Part shown: positions 46,584-57,191 of the stretch, piece after piece
How the letters are laid out: the number at the start of each line of letters is the position of its first letter
Numbering within the stretch: the first letter of the stretch is position 1
Assembly: GCA_035252155.1 (NCBI GenBank)
Contig: DATFDL010000224.1
Location: forward strand, 2,984-66,983
From: Pirellulales bacterium
GTDB lineage: Bacteria; Planctomycetota; Planctomycetia; Pirellulales; JAICIG01
Length of the DNA: 64,000 nucleotides
Reading direction: 5' to 3'
Position numbers and translations under genes: made by a program
Notes under the pieces: generated by a model
What the model saw: only the letters and a program-made list of their open reading frames with translations
The model's database searches: none
Told to the model about the DNA's origin: nothing

Positions 46584-47753
46584 ATGCTCAATAGGCGGCG
46601 TCTTTCATTATGCGCTTCTACGATTCTGCTCGCCGTCATGTCATCGGTGAGAGCCGCGGAGAACCTCGATTCGTCGCGGGCAACCGCTTCCGCCGACGGC
46701 GCGGTTCTCTGGTATGACTTCACCGAGTTGGGCATCGAGGGAAAGGGCTGGGCCGACACGAAGGCCGCCTACGACCGATTGCCGGCGAAGGCGGAAAACA
46801 TGGTCCGCGGACCGGTGTGGAATCTCAGTCGCCAGTCGGCCGGCCTCTGTGGGCGATTTGTGACCGACGCCCCCATGGTTTCCGTACGATGGTCGCTTTC
46901 GTCGGCAAACCTGGCGATGCCCCACATGGCCGCGACCGGCGTCAGCGGTGTCGATCTCTATGTGAAATCCGAGCCAGGCTGGCGTTGGCTCGCCTGCGGT
47001 TTTCCCAAGGCACAAAGCAACGAGGCGGTGTTGGTCCAAGGTCTGCCCGCTGCCGAACGCGAGTACCTGCTTTACCTGCCGCTCTATAACGGCGTCACGA
47101 AGGTCGAGGTCGGCATTCCCAAACAGCACGCCCTCGCTAAAGCACCCCCACGGTCGGCGGAACGCGCCCAGCCGATCGTCTTCTATGGCACCTCGATCAC
47201 CCAGGGCGGCTGTGCCTCTCGTCCCGGCATGGTTCACACCGCTATCTTGGGCCGCCGGTTTGACCGGACGGTAATCAACCTGGGCTTTTCGGGCAACGGC
47301 AAGATGGAGCCGGAGTTGGCATCGCTTTTGGCCGAACTTGATCCCGCCGCCTACGTGCTCGACTGCTTGCCGAATATGTCGCCGCAGGAAGTCAGCGAGC
47401 GTGTCGAACCCTTTGTGCGCACGCTTCGAGCGGCGCGACCTGCCACTCCGATCGTGCTGGTGGAAGACCGCAACTATACCGATGGCTTTTTGATTGCGTC
47501 GAAACGAGAACGAAATGAGGCGAGCCATCGAGCGTTGCGCGCGGCGTTCGATCGGCTGGCCGCCGACGGCGTCAAGGATATGTACTACCTACCCGGGCAA
47601 GACTTGCTGGGCGACGACGGCGAAGCCACGGTGGACAGCTCGCACCCTACCGATCTCGGTTTTGTGCGCCAAGCCGCGGCTTTTCAAAGCGTGCTCGCGA
47701 AGGCCCTCGAACAGCCGCTCAACGATCCGGGGATCGGGCCAGGAGTACCATGA
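46584..47753 (+). CDS. SGNH/GDSL hydrolase family protein
   Basis: AGGAG Shine-Dalgarno before the ATG at 46584, a signal peptide, FYGTSITQGG (block I Ser), GFSGNG, and DSSHPTDLG (block V D..H). Confidence 0.8.
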   Translation: MLNRRRLSLCASTILLAVMSSVRAAENLDSSRATASADGAVLWYDFTELGIEGKGWADTKAAYDRLPAKAENMVRGPVWNLSRQSAGLCGRFVTDAPMVSVRWSLSSANLAMPHMAATGVSGVDLYVKSEPGWRWLACGFPKAQSNEAVLVQGLPAAEREYLLYLPLYNGVTKVEVGIPKQHALAKAPPRSAERAQPIVFYGTSITQGGCASRPGMVHTAILGRRFDRTVINLGFSGNGKMEPELASLLAELDPAAYVLDCLPNMSPQEVSERVEPFVRTLRAARPATPIVLVEDRNYTDGFLIASKRERNEASHRALRAAFDRLAADGVKDMYYLPGQDLLGDDGEATVDSSHPTDLGFVRQAAAFQSVLAKALEQPLNDPGIGPGVP

Positions 47754-47826
47754 CTACCGCGAACACCACTGCACCTGAACCCTTGGAGGCAGTCCACCAC
47801 CACGGCATTGCCGCGGCCAAGCCCGC

Positions 47827-48273
47827 TTAAAAGCCGAACTCTTCTTCGCCGATCAGTTGCGAAATGCGCTGATTGATGATGGTATCGGCGTCCTTCGCGC
47901 GGCGTTCGACGGCGCCTCGGAGCCGTTCGAGCTGAGCCTGGAGACGTTTGACTTCGAGTTCTCGCCGCTCCTGCCGCGCCTTGAAGTGCTGCTTGACCGT
48001 CTCTTGCAGCTTGGCGCCGAGTTCGTCGCGGGGCCGGCCTTCGGGCGCCCGGCGGTACTGCTCGGCTAATTCATGGCTTTCACGGTCGAGCCGCCGGTCG
48101 TTCTGTTCCAGCTCAAACATTTCGGGGTCGGTCTCACGAAGACGTTCCAGCGAAGGCATCCCCTCCATGTCCATGCCCGGACCCATCATCATGCCGGGCA
48201 TGCGTCCGCCGGGCATCCTTGGCATCGCGCCGGGCATCCCTGGCATCGCGCCTGGCCCTGGCATCCGCGGCAT
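47827..48273 (-). CDS. coiled-coil protein with MPG-rich N-terminus (Spy/CpxP-like?), probably 5'-incomplete as drawn
   Basis: MPGMPGAMPRMPG repeats then charged heptads. The same frame stays open about 170 codons upstream with no ATG/GTG/TTG. Confidence 0.5.
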   Translation of the reverse strand: MPRMPGPGAMPGMPGAMPRMPGGRMPGMMMGPGMDMEGMPSLERLRETDPEMFELEQNDRRLDRESHELAEQYRRAPEGRPRDELGAKLQETVKQHFKARQERRELEVKRLQAQLERLRGAVERRAKDADTIINQRISQLIGEEEFGF

Positions 48274-49022
48274 CGCCGCTCGGTCTCTGGCACGGCCCCG
48301 CCGAACGCCCTCCGGCTCCGGTCGACCTCGATCGCGATCCGCCTGTTCGCGACGCCGCTCGCCTTCGACCCTCTCGACATCGCGGCGTCCCTCCTGCCGG
48401 CCTGCTTCCCGCTCGGCTCGTCCCTCACGATCGGCCGCCGCGGCATCTCGCCGTTGCTCCGCTGTGTCGGCTGTATCGGCCTCCCGTTTGAGACGCGGGT
48501 CTTCCGCGGCCGCAGGGCCGACAGGCCGCGGCGGTTGTGACTCAGGACCGTGTTCAAGGGAATGCCGAGCTGCTCGGCGATTTCGTGGAATCCCAAATTG
48601 CCGTAATACCGCAACAGCAGCGTGCGCCGCTGGGGTTCGCTCAAGGCGCCAAGCGCCGCCGCCAGCAGCCGTTCGTTTTCGACCTGGGCCATGCGCTGCC
48701 AGGGCGCATCTTCGCGGCCGGCGCGTTCGACCGGTTGTGCTCCGGTGGCTTCCAGCGGCCCTTCGCGCTTTCGTCGGCGGACGTGGTCACAAGCCAGCCG
48801 ATCGGCAATCCGCAGCAGATAGGCGCGTTCGCGACCCGTATCGCGATAGCGGCCTCGTGCCTGCCAGGCCCGGCAAAAGACTTCTTGCATCAGGTCTTCA
48901 GCCAGCGCGCGGTCGCGCACCATGCCGGTAAGAAAGCCGAGTATTGCCGCCCCATGTCGGCGAACCCACACGGTCAAACGCTCTTGCTCTTCGTTGGTCC
49001 GTTCGGTGTCGCTCATGGCCAC
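48189..49022 (-). CDS. ECF-type RNA polymerase sigma factor (3' end doubtful)
   Basis: Region 2 (DLMQEVFCRAWQ) and region 4 (LSEPQRRTLLLRYYGNLGFHEIAEQLGIPLNTVLSHNRRGLSAL). The last ~95 codons form an implausible basic tail overlapping the downstream gene frame. Confidence 0.75.
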   Translation of the reverse strand: MAMSDTERTNEEQERLTVWVRRHGAAILGFLTGMVRDRALAEDLMQEVFCRAWQARGRYRDTGRERAYLLRIADRLACDHVRRRKREGPLEATGAQPVERAGREDAPWQRMAQVENERLLAAALGALSEPQRRTLLLRYYGNLGFHEIAEQLGIPLNTVLSHNRRGLSALRPRKTRVSNGRPIQPTQRSNGEMPRRPIVRDEPSGKQAGRRDAAMSRGSKASGVANRRIAIEVDRSRRAFGGAVPETERRCRGCQGQARCQGCPARCQGCPADACPA

Positions 49023-49339
49023 ACCCTAACTAAACGCCGGCAATGGGGAAATATTGCAGCAGCGGAAAAGAATTCGAGGTTGTCCGGCATCGAGACCTCC
49101 GGCACGGCGAGGTGGCCGGTGAGAATTCGGTGGATCGTGATCTCGACCAGCTTTTGGGCGACGACCGCCGCTTTCTGGGAGCGGGTCTTGAGAGACCGCT
49201 TGAATTCTTACGCGTGAAAGCGGAAGCGGACGACGTAGATGCCGCCCTTGGTGCCGCGGTTGGCCATGTTGCAGGAGCAGGCACCGGCGCCTAATTATAG
49301 GGATCGGCGGAGGCAAGCAATTGACGTAAGTCCTTGCAG

Positions 49340-49421
<82 letters not shown>

Positions 49422-49479
49422 AAGGAATTCAGCCACTCAAGTTTGGGGCATCGCCAGCGAGGCGTCAACTGCTCGCATT

Positions 49480-50667
49480 TCATCGGGCCGGCAACTCGAT
49501 TTCTCGTGATTGAGGGTCGGGCTGGCGCTTGAGCAATTTGCTGAACTGAAACGCGTAGTACTTTTGCGTGGCGGCGGGCTGACCGTCGGGCGAGGCGTTG
49601 GCCACCCAGAGACGAGTCGATTGCGGCTCGAAGAGCACGTTGTGCAAATTCGATTTCATCGCCACCGGGCAATCCATCAGGTGCAGGGCGCTGGCGGCAT
49701 CGAGCGAACCGGCCTGCTCACGCACCCGTCGGGCAAGCTCGTGATAACGCTGCCCGGCCGAGAGCAACACCGTGTCGGGCGTCGGTTCGGGCAGCCGTGG
49801 GTGCGATTCGCCGGGCTTCACCACTTCGAAGGTGTTCCAGTGCGCCGCCAGGCCGACCGCTTGCTTTTCGTCGCCATCGGCCACCACATAATAATATTCG
49901 CAAGTGCGCGGCGTATCGCGGAAGATCGCCACCGCTTCGTCGAGCGTGTGGGCCTCCTCGAGCACGCGCCGCACCAAGAAGGCCATGGGTGTGCCGCCCC
50001 AATGGCCGCGCCCGCCGCCGCCCATCTCGCCTACCGAGACGTGCTCGGCGTTCATGCCCGTCACCGAGCCAATGAAGCCGGCATACGTCACGTTGACAAA
50101 GGGAACGTGCCCCTCCGGCTCGGCCACAATCAACACGGCATGTTCTTGCAGCTTCCAGTCGATCGAGTAATCGAGGACGCGGCCGTGATAGAGCGTGCCG
50201 TCGCGCGTGGCGCTGTTCATCACCGCGAAGCCGCTGCAATGAAACAGTTCAGGAATGAAGTTGGCCGTCAAGGCGTCGTCGAGCGAACACTCGGCCCCGT
50301 CGGCCAGCCCTTGCAGTTCTTCCAAAAAGCGCGGGGGTATGTGGCGGCGCTGGATGGCCACGATGAGCGATATCACCTGCTTGGGATCGATCCGCACGCC
50401 CAAAAACTCGAGCCGCGAATTCTTGGCCTTCACCTCGAACAGATAGTGCAAGTTTTCTTGAATATGTTCTTTCAAGAGCGCGCCGTGCTGATAACCCATG
50501 TCGTAGGGCGCGCCTTTGAGATGGAGCACCCGGTACCCATCGATCTCTTCCAAGAATCCGTCGCCGCAACGGGCCACGGTTTGGGCCTCGGCGGGGCGGA
50601 GGGCCAACAAGATGACGGCCGCCACGGCAAGGTGGCCCAGCACGACGGCAAAACGATGCGACCGCAT
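49480..50667 (-). CDS. C45 family peptidase / acyl-CoA:6-APA acyltransferase-like Ntn hydrolase
   Basis: Signal peptide. ELFHCSGFAV carries the putative autoprocessing Cys nucleophile. Confidence 0.65.
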   Translation of the reverse strand: MRSHRFAVVLGHLAVAAVILLALRPAEAQTVARCGDGFLEEIDGYRVLHLKGAPYDMGYQHGALLKEHIQENLHYLFEVKAKNSRLEFLGVRIDPKQVISLIVAIQRRHIPPRFLEELQGLADGAECSLDDALTANFIPELFHCSGFAVMNSATRDGTLYHGRVLDYSIDWKLQEHAVLIVAEPEGHVPFVNVTYAGFIGSVTGMNAEHVSVGEMGGGGRGHWGGTPMAFLVRRVLEEAHTLDEAVAIFRDTPRTCEYYYVVADGDEKQAVGLAAHWNTFEVVKPGESHPRLPEPTPDTVLLSAGQRYHELARRVREQAGSLDAASALHLMDCPVAMKSNLHNVLFEPQSTRLWVANASPDGQPAATQKYYAFQFSKLLKRQPDPQSREIELPAR

Positions 50668-50821
50668 GAGACGGCTCCTGGTCAGGGCGGGTGGAACTCG
50701 ACAACGATTATAGCGGAGAAGCGGCCCGCGGCCCTAGAGCGCCGCCACGATCGACGACCTAGGAAGGTTGTCCTACGGGCCGTTAGAATAGGGGCTTCCC
50801 CTAAACTCTCGTTGCAACGCT

Positions 50822-51004
50822 GTGTCGCAAAACCGACTCATCTTGATCATCATGGCCGCGGTGGTTGCCTGGGGCGGCTTTTTGGCCCTCGGCAACTACT
50901 TAGCCGGCCATAATTGGCGCGGACCGGCAATGGTGATGGGATGCGTCGTCGCCTTCCTGGTATTTTGGGGGCTGATGCTCGCCTCGCGCCGCCGGCGCGG
51001 ATAA
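50822..51004 (+). CDS. small two-TM membrane protein
   Basis: 60-aa ORF with a GTG start and two hydrophobic helices. Confidence 0.3.
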   Translation: MSQNRLILIIMAAVVAWGGFLALGNYLAGHNWRGPAMVMGCVVAFLVFWGLMLASRRRRG

Positions 51005-51025
51005 CAACGGACGAAAAATTTTAGC

Positions 51026-51100
51026 GCCCTCACCTGGCCTCTCCCAGAGGGAGAAGCAAAGATAGATCAGCCCTCACTTGGCCTTTCCCAGCGGGAGAGG
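51026..51100. repeat. two tandem REP-like hairpin elements
   Basis: CCCTCACCTGGCCTCTCCCAGAGGGAGA and CCCTCACTTGGCCTTTCCCAGCGGGAGAGG. The flank AACGGACGAAAAAT (51007-51020) also occurs at 36202-36215. Confidence 0.7.
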
Positions 51101-51112
51101 AATGCTTCCACC

Positions 51113-52231
51113 ATGAAGATCGTCGAAGTTCGCACCATCGCCCTTGGCGGCGCCACGCACGACCACGGCTGGCCCGGCGGCACCGATCCCAATGTGCAGT
51201 ACAACACGCTCGTCGAGGTCGTCACCGATGAGGGCTTCACCGGCCTGGGAAGTTGCTACACCACGCGGGCGCTGGTCGAAGGCTCGCTGGAGCTACTGCG
51301 GCCGCATCTGATCGGCGAGACGGCCCTGGAAGCCGAACGGGTGAGCGAGAAACTGCGGCAGTCGATGTTCTGGCTCGGCCGCGGCGGCTCGGTCGAGCAC
51401 ACGATCAGCGGCATCGACATCGCGCTGTGGGACCTGCTGGGCAAGGCTGTGGGCCAGCCCGTCTCGCGGTTGCTGGGCGGCGATTATCGCGACCGGATCA
51501 AGCCTTACGCGTCGATGCTGTTTGAAGAGCCGGGCCTGCTGCGCGACAAGCTGGCCGAGCAAGTGTCGCGGGGCTTTCGGGCCATCAAGCTCGGCTGGCG
51601 ACCGTTCGGTCGCGTCAGCCGGCAGTACGACGAGCTGTTGGTGCGCACGGCCCGCGACACCGTGGGCGACGAGGTTGAACTGATGGTCGATGCCGGCGGC
51701 AGCGAGCAGTTTTGGCCGCACGGCGTAAGCTGGGCCCGCGAGACGGCCAAAATGCTCGGCCAGTATGGCGTGGTCTGGTTCGAAGAAGCGCTCAAACCGG
51801 ACGATGTCGAGGGTTTCCTCGAGCTGCGCCAAACCTCGCCGGTGTTGATCGCGACGGGCGAAGTGCTCACTCGCCGGCAATCGTTTCAGCCGTTCATCGA
51901 AAATCGCGCGGTCGACATCATTCAGCCCGATCTGACCAAGTGCGGCGGCTTGAGCGAAGGCCGACGGCTGGGCTGGGCGGCTTACGATCATGGTGTGTTG
52001 TTGGTGCCTCATGGTTGGAACACGGGCGTGGGCGTCGCGGCCGATTTGGCGCTTTCGGCGGCGATGCCGGTAGCCCGCTGGATCGAATTTCAGACCGGCG
52101 TGCCGTACATCGAGGAAATCATTTCGCCGCGGTTCAAGCTCGATGCCGAAGGCATGTTGCACGTGCCGACAGGGCCGGGCTTGGGCATCGAGCTCAATCT
52201 TGATGCGGTGGAAAGATACTCCCGCCGATGA
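51113..52231 (+). CDS. enolase-superfamily enzyme (mandelate racemase/muconate lactonizing family, sugar-acid dehydratase-like)
   Basis: MKIVEVRTIALGG..., ISGIDIALWDLLGK, LMVDAGG, WFEE and IQPDLTKCGG motifs. Confidence 0.85.
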   Translation: MKIVEVRTIALGGATHDHGWPGGTDPNVQYNTLVEVVTDEGFTGLGSCYTTRALVEGSLELLRPHLIGETALEAERVSEKLRQSMFWLGRGGSVEHTISGIDIALWDLLGKAVGQPVSRLLGGDYRDRIKPYASMLFEEPGLLRDKLAEQVSRGFRAIKLGWRPFGRVSRQYDELLVRTARDTVGDEVELMVDAGGSEQFWPHGVSWARETAKMLGQYGVVWFEEALKPDDVEGFLELRQTSPVLIATGEVLTRRQSFQPFIENRAVDIIQPDLTKCGGLSEGRRLGWAAYDHGVLLVPHGWNTGVGVAADLALSAAMPVARWIEFQTGVPYIEEIISPRFKLDAEGMLHVPTGPGLGIELNLDAVERYSRR

Positions 52232-52453
52232 CCGGGCATAATGACATCACGTGCTGTTATCGGTGGCCGGGGCAGAAGCTGGCCGCATTCGATATGGCAA
52301 TCAGAAAACGCTTGTCCGGGCCAGCGATGCCCCGGTGGTAGACCTGCCGGGGCATCGCCGCGATTAACCTCCGCCGTGAATTTCGTCGTTTAGATCGCGG
52401 CTCTGCCCCAGCCGCCTCTTTAGCCGGCCCAAATTCTCACAAGACGCGGGTTG

Positions 52454-53671
52454 TCACTCGATCGCGTCGAGCCCTTCGGCCAGCGCGGCCTGCACCCATT
52501 CGGACGATTCGATGCCCACGGAGAGGCGAATGGTGCCGTGAGTGATGCCCAGGGCCTCGCGCGCCGCATCGGGCATTGATCGATGACTTGTCGAGGCCGG
52601 ATGACTGAGCGTAGTGCTCAGGTCACCAAGAGACGGGCAAAAGGCAATCTGACGGGCGCCGGCGATCAACCGCTCGGCGGCGTCGCGGCCGCCCTTCAAA
52701 GTGAATGTGACCATATTGCCGAATCGCCCCTCGAATTGCCGCGCGGCCAACGCGTGATTGGGGTGAGCGGCAAGGCCGGGATAATCGACTTGCGCGACTT
52801 CATCGCGGGCTTGCAAAAATTGCGATGCCGCCAGGGCATTGGCGCCCGCCCGTTCGGCTCGCAGGGACAATGTACCCAGGCCACGCAACGCCAGCCAGCA
52901 ATCGAAGGGACTGGTTGACCAACCCCACGTCGATTGCGTGGAAACAACGCGCTGCCAATCGGCTGCGCGGCCGCAGAGCAAGCCGAGCAAGACGTCGCTA
53001 TGACCGCTCATCAACTTGGTCAGGCTTTCGACCACCAGGTCGGCTCCAAGCTCCAGCGGCCGGCAAAGCACCGGCGTAGCAAACGTGTTGTCAACCAGCA
53101 AGCGAGCACCGCGCTCACGCGCCAGTTTCGCCAGCGCCGCGATGTCTGAAACACGCAGACGGGGATTGGTGATCGTCTCGACCACCAGCAGCCGCGTGTG
53201 CGGGCGGAACGCCGCCGCCGTGGCGGCCGGGTCGCAGGTATCGACCACGGTCGATTCGATACCGAGCCGCGGCAACTCGGCGGCGAAAAGCTGTGAGCTA
53301 CGGCCATAGAGCTGATTGCTGACCACAACATGCTGGCCCGGCTCAAGGTGAGCAATGGCGGCCAAGGCCAGGGCGGCCATGCCCGAACTACAGACGGTGG
53401 CCCGCTCGGCGCGGTGCAGGTCGCGGCATTTTTCGGCGAGCAGGTCGGCATTGGGGTGGCCATCGCGGCTATAGACGTAGCCGGGCATCTCGCCGGAGAG
53501 CAGCCGGCTGGCGTCATCGGGCGAGCCACACCGATAGACTGACGCCAAGTAAATAGGCGGCGACGCCGGCTCGGTTGGTTGGGGCGGCAATGGAGATTGC
53601 CGGGGGCAAAGATCGTCGGGCGTGGGCGGCTGTCCGGCCGGCAATGAAGACCCTTGGTTCGGTGCGCCCAT
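52454..53671 (-). CDS. Cys/Met-metabolism PLP-dependent enzyme (cystathionine gamma-synthase/lyase family)
   Basis: VVESLTKLMSGHSD (PLP lysine), SGMAALA, and FTLAESLGG-like SLGDLSTTLSHPASTSH. Confidence 0.85.
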   Translation of the reverse strand: MGAPNQGSSLPAGQPPTPDDLCPRQSPLPPQPTEPASPPIYLASVYRCGSPDDASRLLSGEMPGYVYSRDGHPNADLLAEKCRDLHRAERATVCSSGMAALALAAIAHLEPGQHVVVSNQLYGRSSQLFAAELPRLGIESTVVDTCDPAATAAAFRPHTRLLVVETITNPRLRVSDIAALAKLARERGARLLVDNTFATPVLCRPLELGADLVVESLTKLMSGHSDVLLGLLCGRAADWQRVVSTQSTWGWSTSPFDCWLALRGLGTLSLRAERAGANALAASQFLQARDEVAQVDYPGLAAHPNHALAARQFEGRFGNMVTFTLKGGRDAAERLIAGARQIAFCPSLGDLSTTLSHPASTSHRSMPDAAREALGITHGTIRLSVGIESSEWVQAALAEGLDAIE

Positions 53672-53681
53672 GAGCTAGATT

Positions 53682-53900
53682 CTAAGCCGATGCGCTAGCC
53701 AGGCAACTTGGCTTCGCCGGCTTCGCTTGCGCGTCGGAGCGGCGTGTATCGCTTTCTTCCAGTTCGGCGCGCACAATGGCTAGGTGCGGCGGAGCATCGA
53801 TTCCGATCCGTACTACTCCCGGCGAAATGCGGACCACGGTGATCGTCACTTCGTCACCGACCCGGATACGTTCATCAACCTTGCGAGACAATACCAGCAT
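53682..53900 (-). CDS. csrA: carbon storage regulator CsrA
   Basis: MLVLSRKVDERIRVGDEVTITVVRISPGVVRIGIDAPPHLAIVRAEL. Confidence 0.92.
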   Translation of the reverse strand: MLVLSRKVDERIRVGDEVTITVVRISPGVVRIGIDAPPHLAIVRAELEESDTRRSDAQAKPAKPSCLASASA

Positions 53901-53987
53901 AATCGGCCTCCGTGCAAAGAGGGTTTTTGGCTTAAAGTGCTTGCAGCTTGGGTGCTAGCATAGTGATGCTAGCACGGCCGTGCAAGC

Positions 53988-55031
53988 TTGGTCCAAAAAG
54001 TACCGCAAAGCCTTGTGAAGACAGACGTTATTGCTATCGACCCGACTCGTCCGGACGGCCAGTTGCTGACCCGGGCGGGCCAAATACTTGGCCGAGGCGG
54101 CCTCGTGGCGTTTCCCACCGAGACCGTCTACGGCCTAGGCGCCAATGCCTTGGACACCGACGCCGTAGGGCGGATATTCACGGCCAAAGGGCGGCCGGCG
54201 ACGAACCCTCTGATCGTTCACATTGCGGAGGTTTCCGAGGTCAAGCAGGTTGCCGACGATTGGCCTAAGATTGCCGCTCAGTTGGCGCAGTCTTACTGGC
54301 CTGGGCCGCTGACACTTATCTTACCCAAGGCGGCCGCAGTGCCCGACGTGGTGACGGCTGGCGGCGCGACGGTGGCCATCCGCTTGCCGGCGCATCGAGT
54401 CGCGCGCGGTCTGATCCGCACCGCCGGAGTGCCCCTGGCAGCTCCGAGCGCCAATCGCTCGATGCGGATCAGTCCTACGCGCGCCGAGCATGTGATGGCC
54501 GGACTGGCCGGGCGAATCGACCTGGTGCTCGACGGCGGCCCCACGCCCGGAGGCCTGGAGTCGACCGTAATCGACCTGACAAGTTCGCCGCCGAGGCTGC
54601 TGCGCCCCGGGCTGGTTTCCCGCGACGAAATCGAAGCGGTGATCGGACCAATCCAGTTGCCGGAGTCAAACGCCGAGCGGCCACCTGCGTCTGGACCCGT
54701 GCGGTCACCGGGCATGATGCAGCGACATTATGCCCCGACGGCGCCGTTGGAATGCGTGGCTTCGGAAAGCTGGCGGCGCGTCGAAGAGCTCCATCGGCAC
54801 GGGGCGCGGATCGGTTGGCTGACATTCCACGGCGGGGCACCGATATCGCACTCGGGAGTGTCGGTGATCGAGCTGCCCGACGACCCAGCGGCCTACGCTG
54901 CCGGGCTGTATGCGGCGTTGCACGCGTTCGATGCCCAGGCCGTCGATCGGATTGTCGTCGAAATGCCGCCCGAGACCGACGCCTGGCTCGCCATCCGCGA
55001 TCGGCTCCGCCGAGCGGGTAGCTCGGCGTAG
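53988..55031 (+). CDS. tsaC: L-threonylcarbamoyladenylate synthase (Sua5/YwlC long form)
   Basis: GGLVAFPTETVYGLGANA, AKGRPATNPLIVH, SANRS, plus the Sua5 C-terminal domain. Confidence 0.9.
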   Translation: MVQKVPQSLVKTDVIAIDPTRPDGQLLTRAGQILGRGGLVAFPTETVYGLGANALDTDAVGRIFTAKGRPATNPLIVHIAEVSEVKQVADDWPKIAAQLAQSYWPGPLTLILPKAAAVPDVVTAGGATVAIRLPAHRVARGLIRTAGVPLAAPSANRSMRISPTRAEHVMAGLAGRIDLVLDGGPTPGGLESTVIDLTSSPPRLLRPGLVSRDEIEAVIGPIQLPESNAERPPASGPVRSPGMMQRHYAPTAPLECVASESWRRVEELHRHGARIGWLTFHGGAPISHSGVSVIELPDDPAAYAAGLYAALHAFDAQAVDRIVVEMPPETDAWLAIRDRLRRAGSSA

Positions 55032-55321
55032 GGCGTCGCTTGGTTGCGGCCGATTGGCAGGTGGGGCATTGGTCGGGTAAATTGTAGGGAACGCCCCCTG
55101 GCGGCGCGCCGGGAGAGGGCGTTCCCTAATCGGTTTTGACATTCAAAAACGGCATGTGGACCAGCCGCCCTCGGCTGGTTCCGCGACGCCGACTGGCGTC
55201 GGCGACACAGCCGAGGGCGGCTGTGCCACATGGCCGTTCCCACAATTATCGATTTTGAACGTCAAAACCGATCAGACGCTCGCGATCAAAACTTTATCTC
55301 CCTCAACCGGAGCAACATCCT

Positions 55322-56695
55322 TTGAACTTTGCAGACTCGCCGATCGTGGCCGAATATCGTCGCCGAACGCCGGGTTCGGCCGAATTGGCGCGGCAGGCCG
55401 CTTCGGTCTTTCCGGGCGGCGTTACCCACGATGGCCGCATCCTGGAGCCATACCCAATCTATGTCGATCGAGCAGCCGGTCCGCGCAAGTGGGACGTCGA
55501 CGGCAATGAATACGTCGATTACACCGGCGGCCACGGTGCGCTGCTGCTCGGACACAATCATCCGCAAGTGGTCGAAGCCGTGCATCGGCAACTCGACCGC
55601 GGCACGCATTTCGGGTCGTGCCATGCCTGGGAGGTCAGTTGGGGCCAGTGGGTCGAGCGGCTGGTGCCTTCGGCCGAGCGGGTGCGCTTCACTAGTTCGG
55701 GCACCGAAGCCACAATGATGGCCATGCGGCTGGCCCGCGCCTTTACGGGCAAGCCCAAGGTGATGCGGTTTTTGGGGCATTTTCACGGCTGGCACGATCA
55801 CGCGGCCTTTGGCGTCGGCTCGCATTTCGACGGCACGCCGACGCCCGGCGTGCTGGCCGAAGTGGCCGGCAACGTGGTGCTGGCTCCGCCGGGCGACCTG
55901 GCGGGCACACGTGCCGTGCTCGACGCACACCCCGACATCGCGGCAGCCATTATCGAACCGACCGGCGCGAGCTGGGGCCAGGTGCCGGTGCTGAAGGATT
56001 TTTTAGTGGGCCTGCGGGAGCTGACGGCCCAGCGTAGCGTGCAGTTGATCTTCGACGAAGTCATCAGCGGCTTTCGCTGCGCGCCGGGCGGAGCACAGCA
56101 GTGCTACGAGGTGCGCCCCGACCTGACCACGCTGGCCAAGATCCTGGCGGGCGGCTTGCCCGGCGGCGCAGTCGCGGGTCGCAAAGACATTCTCGATGCC
56201 CTCGATCTTGAGCGATCGGCCGCCAGCGGACGTGAAAAAGTGCCCCACCAGGGTACGTTCAATGCCAACCCACTTTCGGCCGTGGCCGGGGCGACCACGT
56301 TGGAGATCGTCGGCACGACCGACGTCTGTGAGCGGGCGAACGACTACGCCGCGCGGCTGCGCGAAGAGCTCAACCGCGTGTTGCGCGACGAGCGCGTACC
56401 CTGGGCCGTCTATGGCACGTACTCTGGCTTTCATGTTTTCACCAACCCGCAAAAGCTGGACATCACCGCCGCCGACATCGACGCCGGCAAGTATGATTAC
56501 CGCGTGCTCAAGGCCGCCGTGCCCCGTTCGTTGGCTACCAAACTGCGGCTGGGAATGATGATCCACGACGTCGAGATCTTTTCGTGGCCCGGCGGGCCGA
56601 CCTCGGCCGTGCATAGCATAGACGATCTGCAACAGACCGCCGATGCCTTCCGCCGCACGCTGAAGATGTTGCGGGCGGAGGGCGAAATAAGCTGA
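55322..56695 (+). CDS. class III aminotransferase (glutamate-1-semialdehyde aminomutase-like)
   Basis: SGTEATMMAMRLARAFTGK, FDEVISGFR and TLAKILAGGLPGGA (PLP lysine context). Confidence 0.85.
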   Translation: MNFADSPIVAEYRRRTPGSAELARQAASVFPGGVTHDGRILEPYPIYVDRAAGPRKWDVDGNEYVDYTGGHGALLLGHNHPQVVEAVHRQLDRGTHFGSCHAWEVSWGQWVERLVPSAERVRFTSSGTEATMMAMRLARAFTGKPKVMRFLGHFHGWHDHAAFGVGSHFDGTPTPGVLAEVAGNVVLAPPGDLAGTRAVLDAHPDIAAAIIEPTGASWGQVPVLKDFLVGLRELTAQRSVQLIFDEVISGFRCAPGGAQQCYEVRPDLTTLAKILAGGLPGGAVAGRKDILDALDLERSAASGREKVPHQGTFNANPLSAVAGATTLEIVGTTDVCERANDYAARLREELNRVLRDERVPWAVYGTYSGFHVFTNPQKLDITAADIDAGKYDYRVLKAAVPRSLATKLRLGMMIHDVEIFSWPGGPTSAVHSIDDLQQTADAFRRTLKMLRAEGEIS

Positions 56696-56768
56696 GTCGC
56701 TGTCCGTTCGTTGCCGCCTAACAAACAGGCAAAAAAATTGCGGGCAAAAAAATGGAATTAAGGGATGA

Positions 56769-57191
56769 TTATTCCCCGATCACCTTCACCAGCACGCGTT
56801 TGTCGCGGCGCCCGTCGAACTCTCCATAGAAGATCTGCTCCCAGGGGCCGAAGTCAAGTTTGCCCCCGGTGATTGCCACCACGACTTCGCGGCCCATCAC
56901 CTGCCGCTTCAGATGGGCGTCGGCATTGTCCTCGCCCGTGCGGTTGTGCTGATAGCGTGCCGGCGAGGCATCGAACGGCGCCAGCCCTTCGAGCCATTTC
57001 TTGTAGTCCTCGTGCAGGCCAGATTCATCGTCGTTGATAAAGACGCTGGCCGTGATGTGCATTGCGTTGACCAGGCAGAGCCCCTCGCGGACTTGGCTTT
57101 GGCGGACGATCTCTTCGACCCGCGGCGTAATGTTCAAAAACGCCATTCGGGCAGGCAGGTTGAACGTGAGATACGCAGTATGAGATTTCAT
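56769..57191 (-). CDS. yjbQ: YjbQ/UPF0047 family protein (secondary thiamine-phosphate synthase)
   Basis: [44 protein letters not shown]...NADAHLK. Confidence 0.88.
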   Translation of the reverse strand: MKSHTAYLTFNLPARMAFLNITPRVEEIVRQSQVREGLCLVNAMHITASVFINDDESGLHEDYKKWLEGLAPFDASPARYQHNRTGEDNADAHLKRQVMGREVVVAITGGKLDFGPWEQIFYGEFDGRRDKRVLVKVIGE

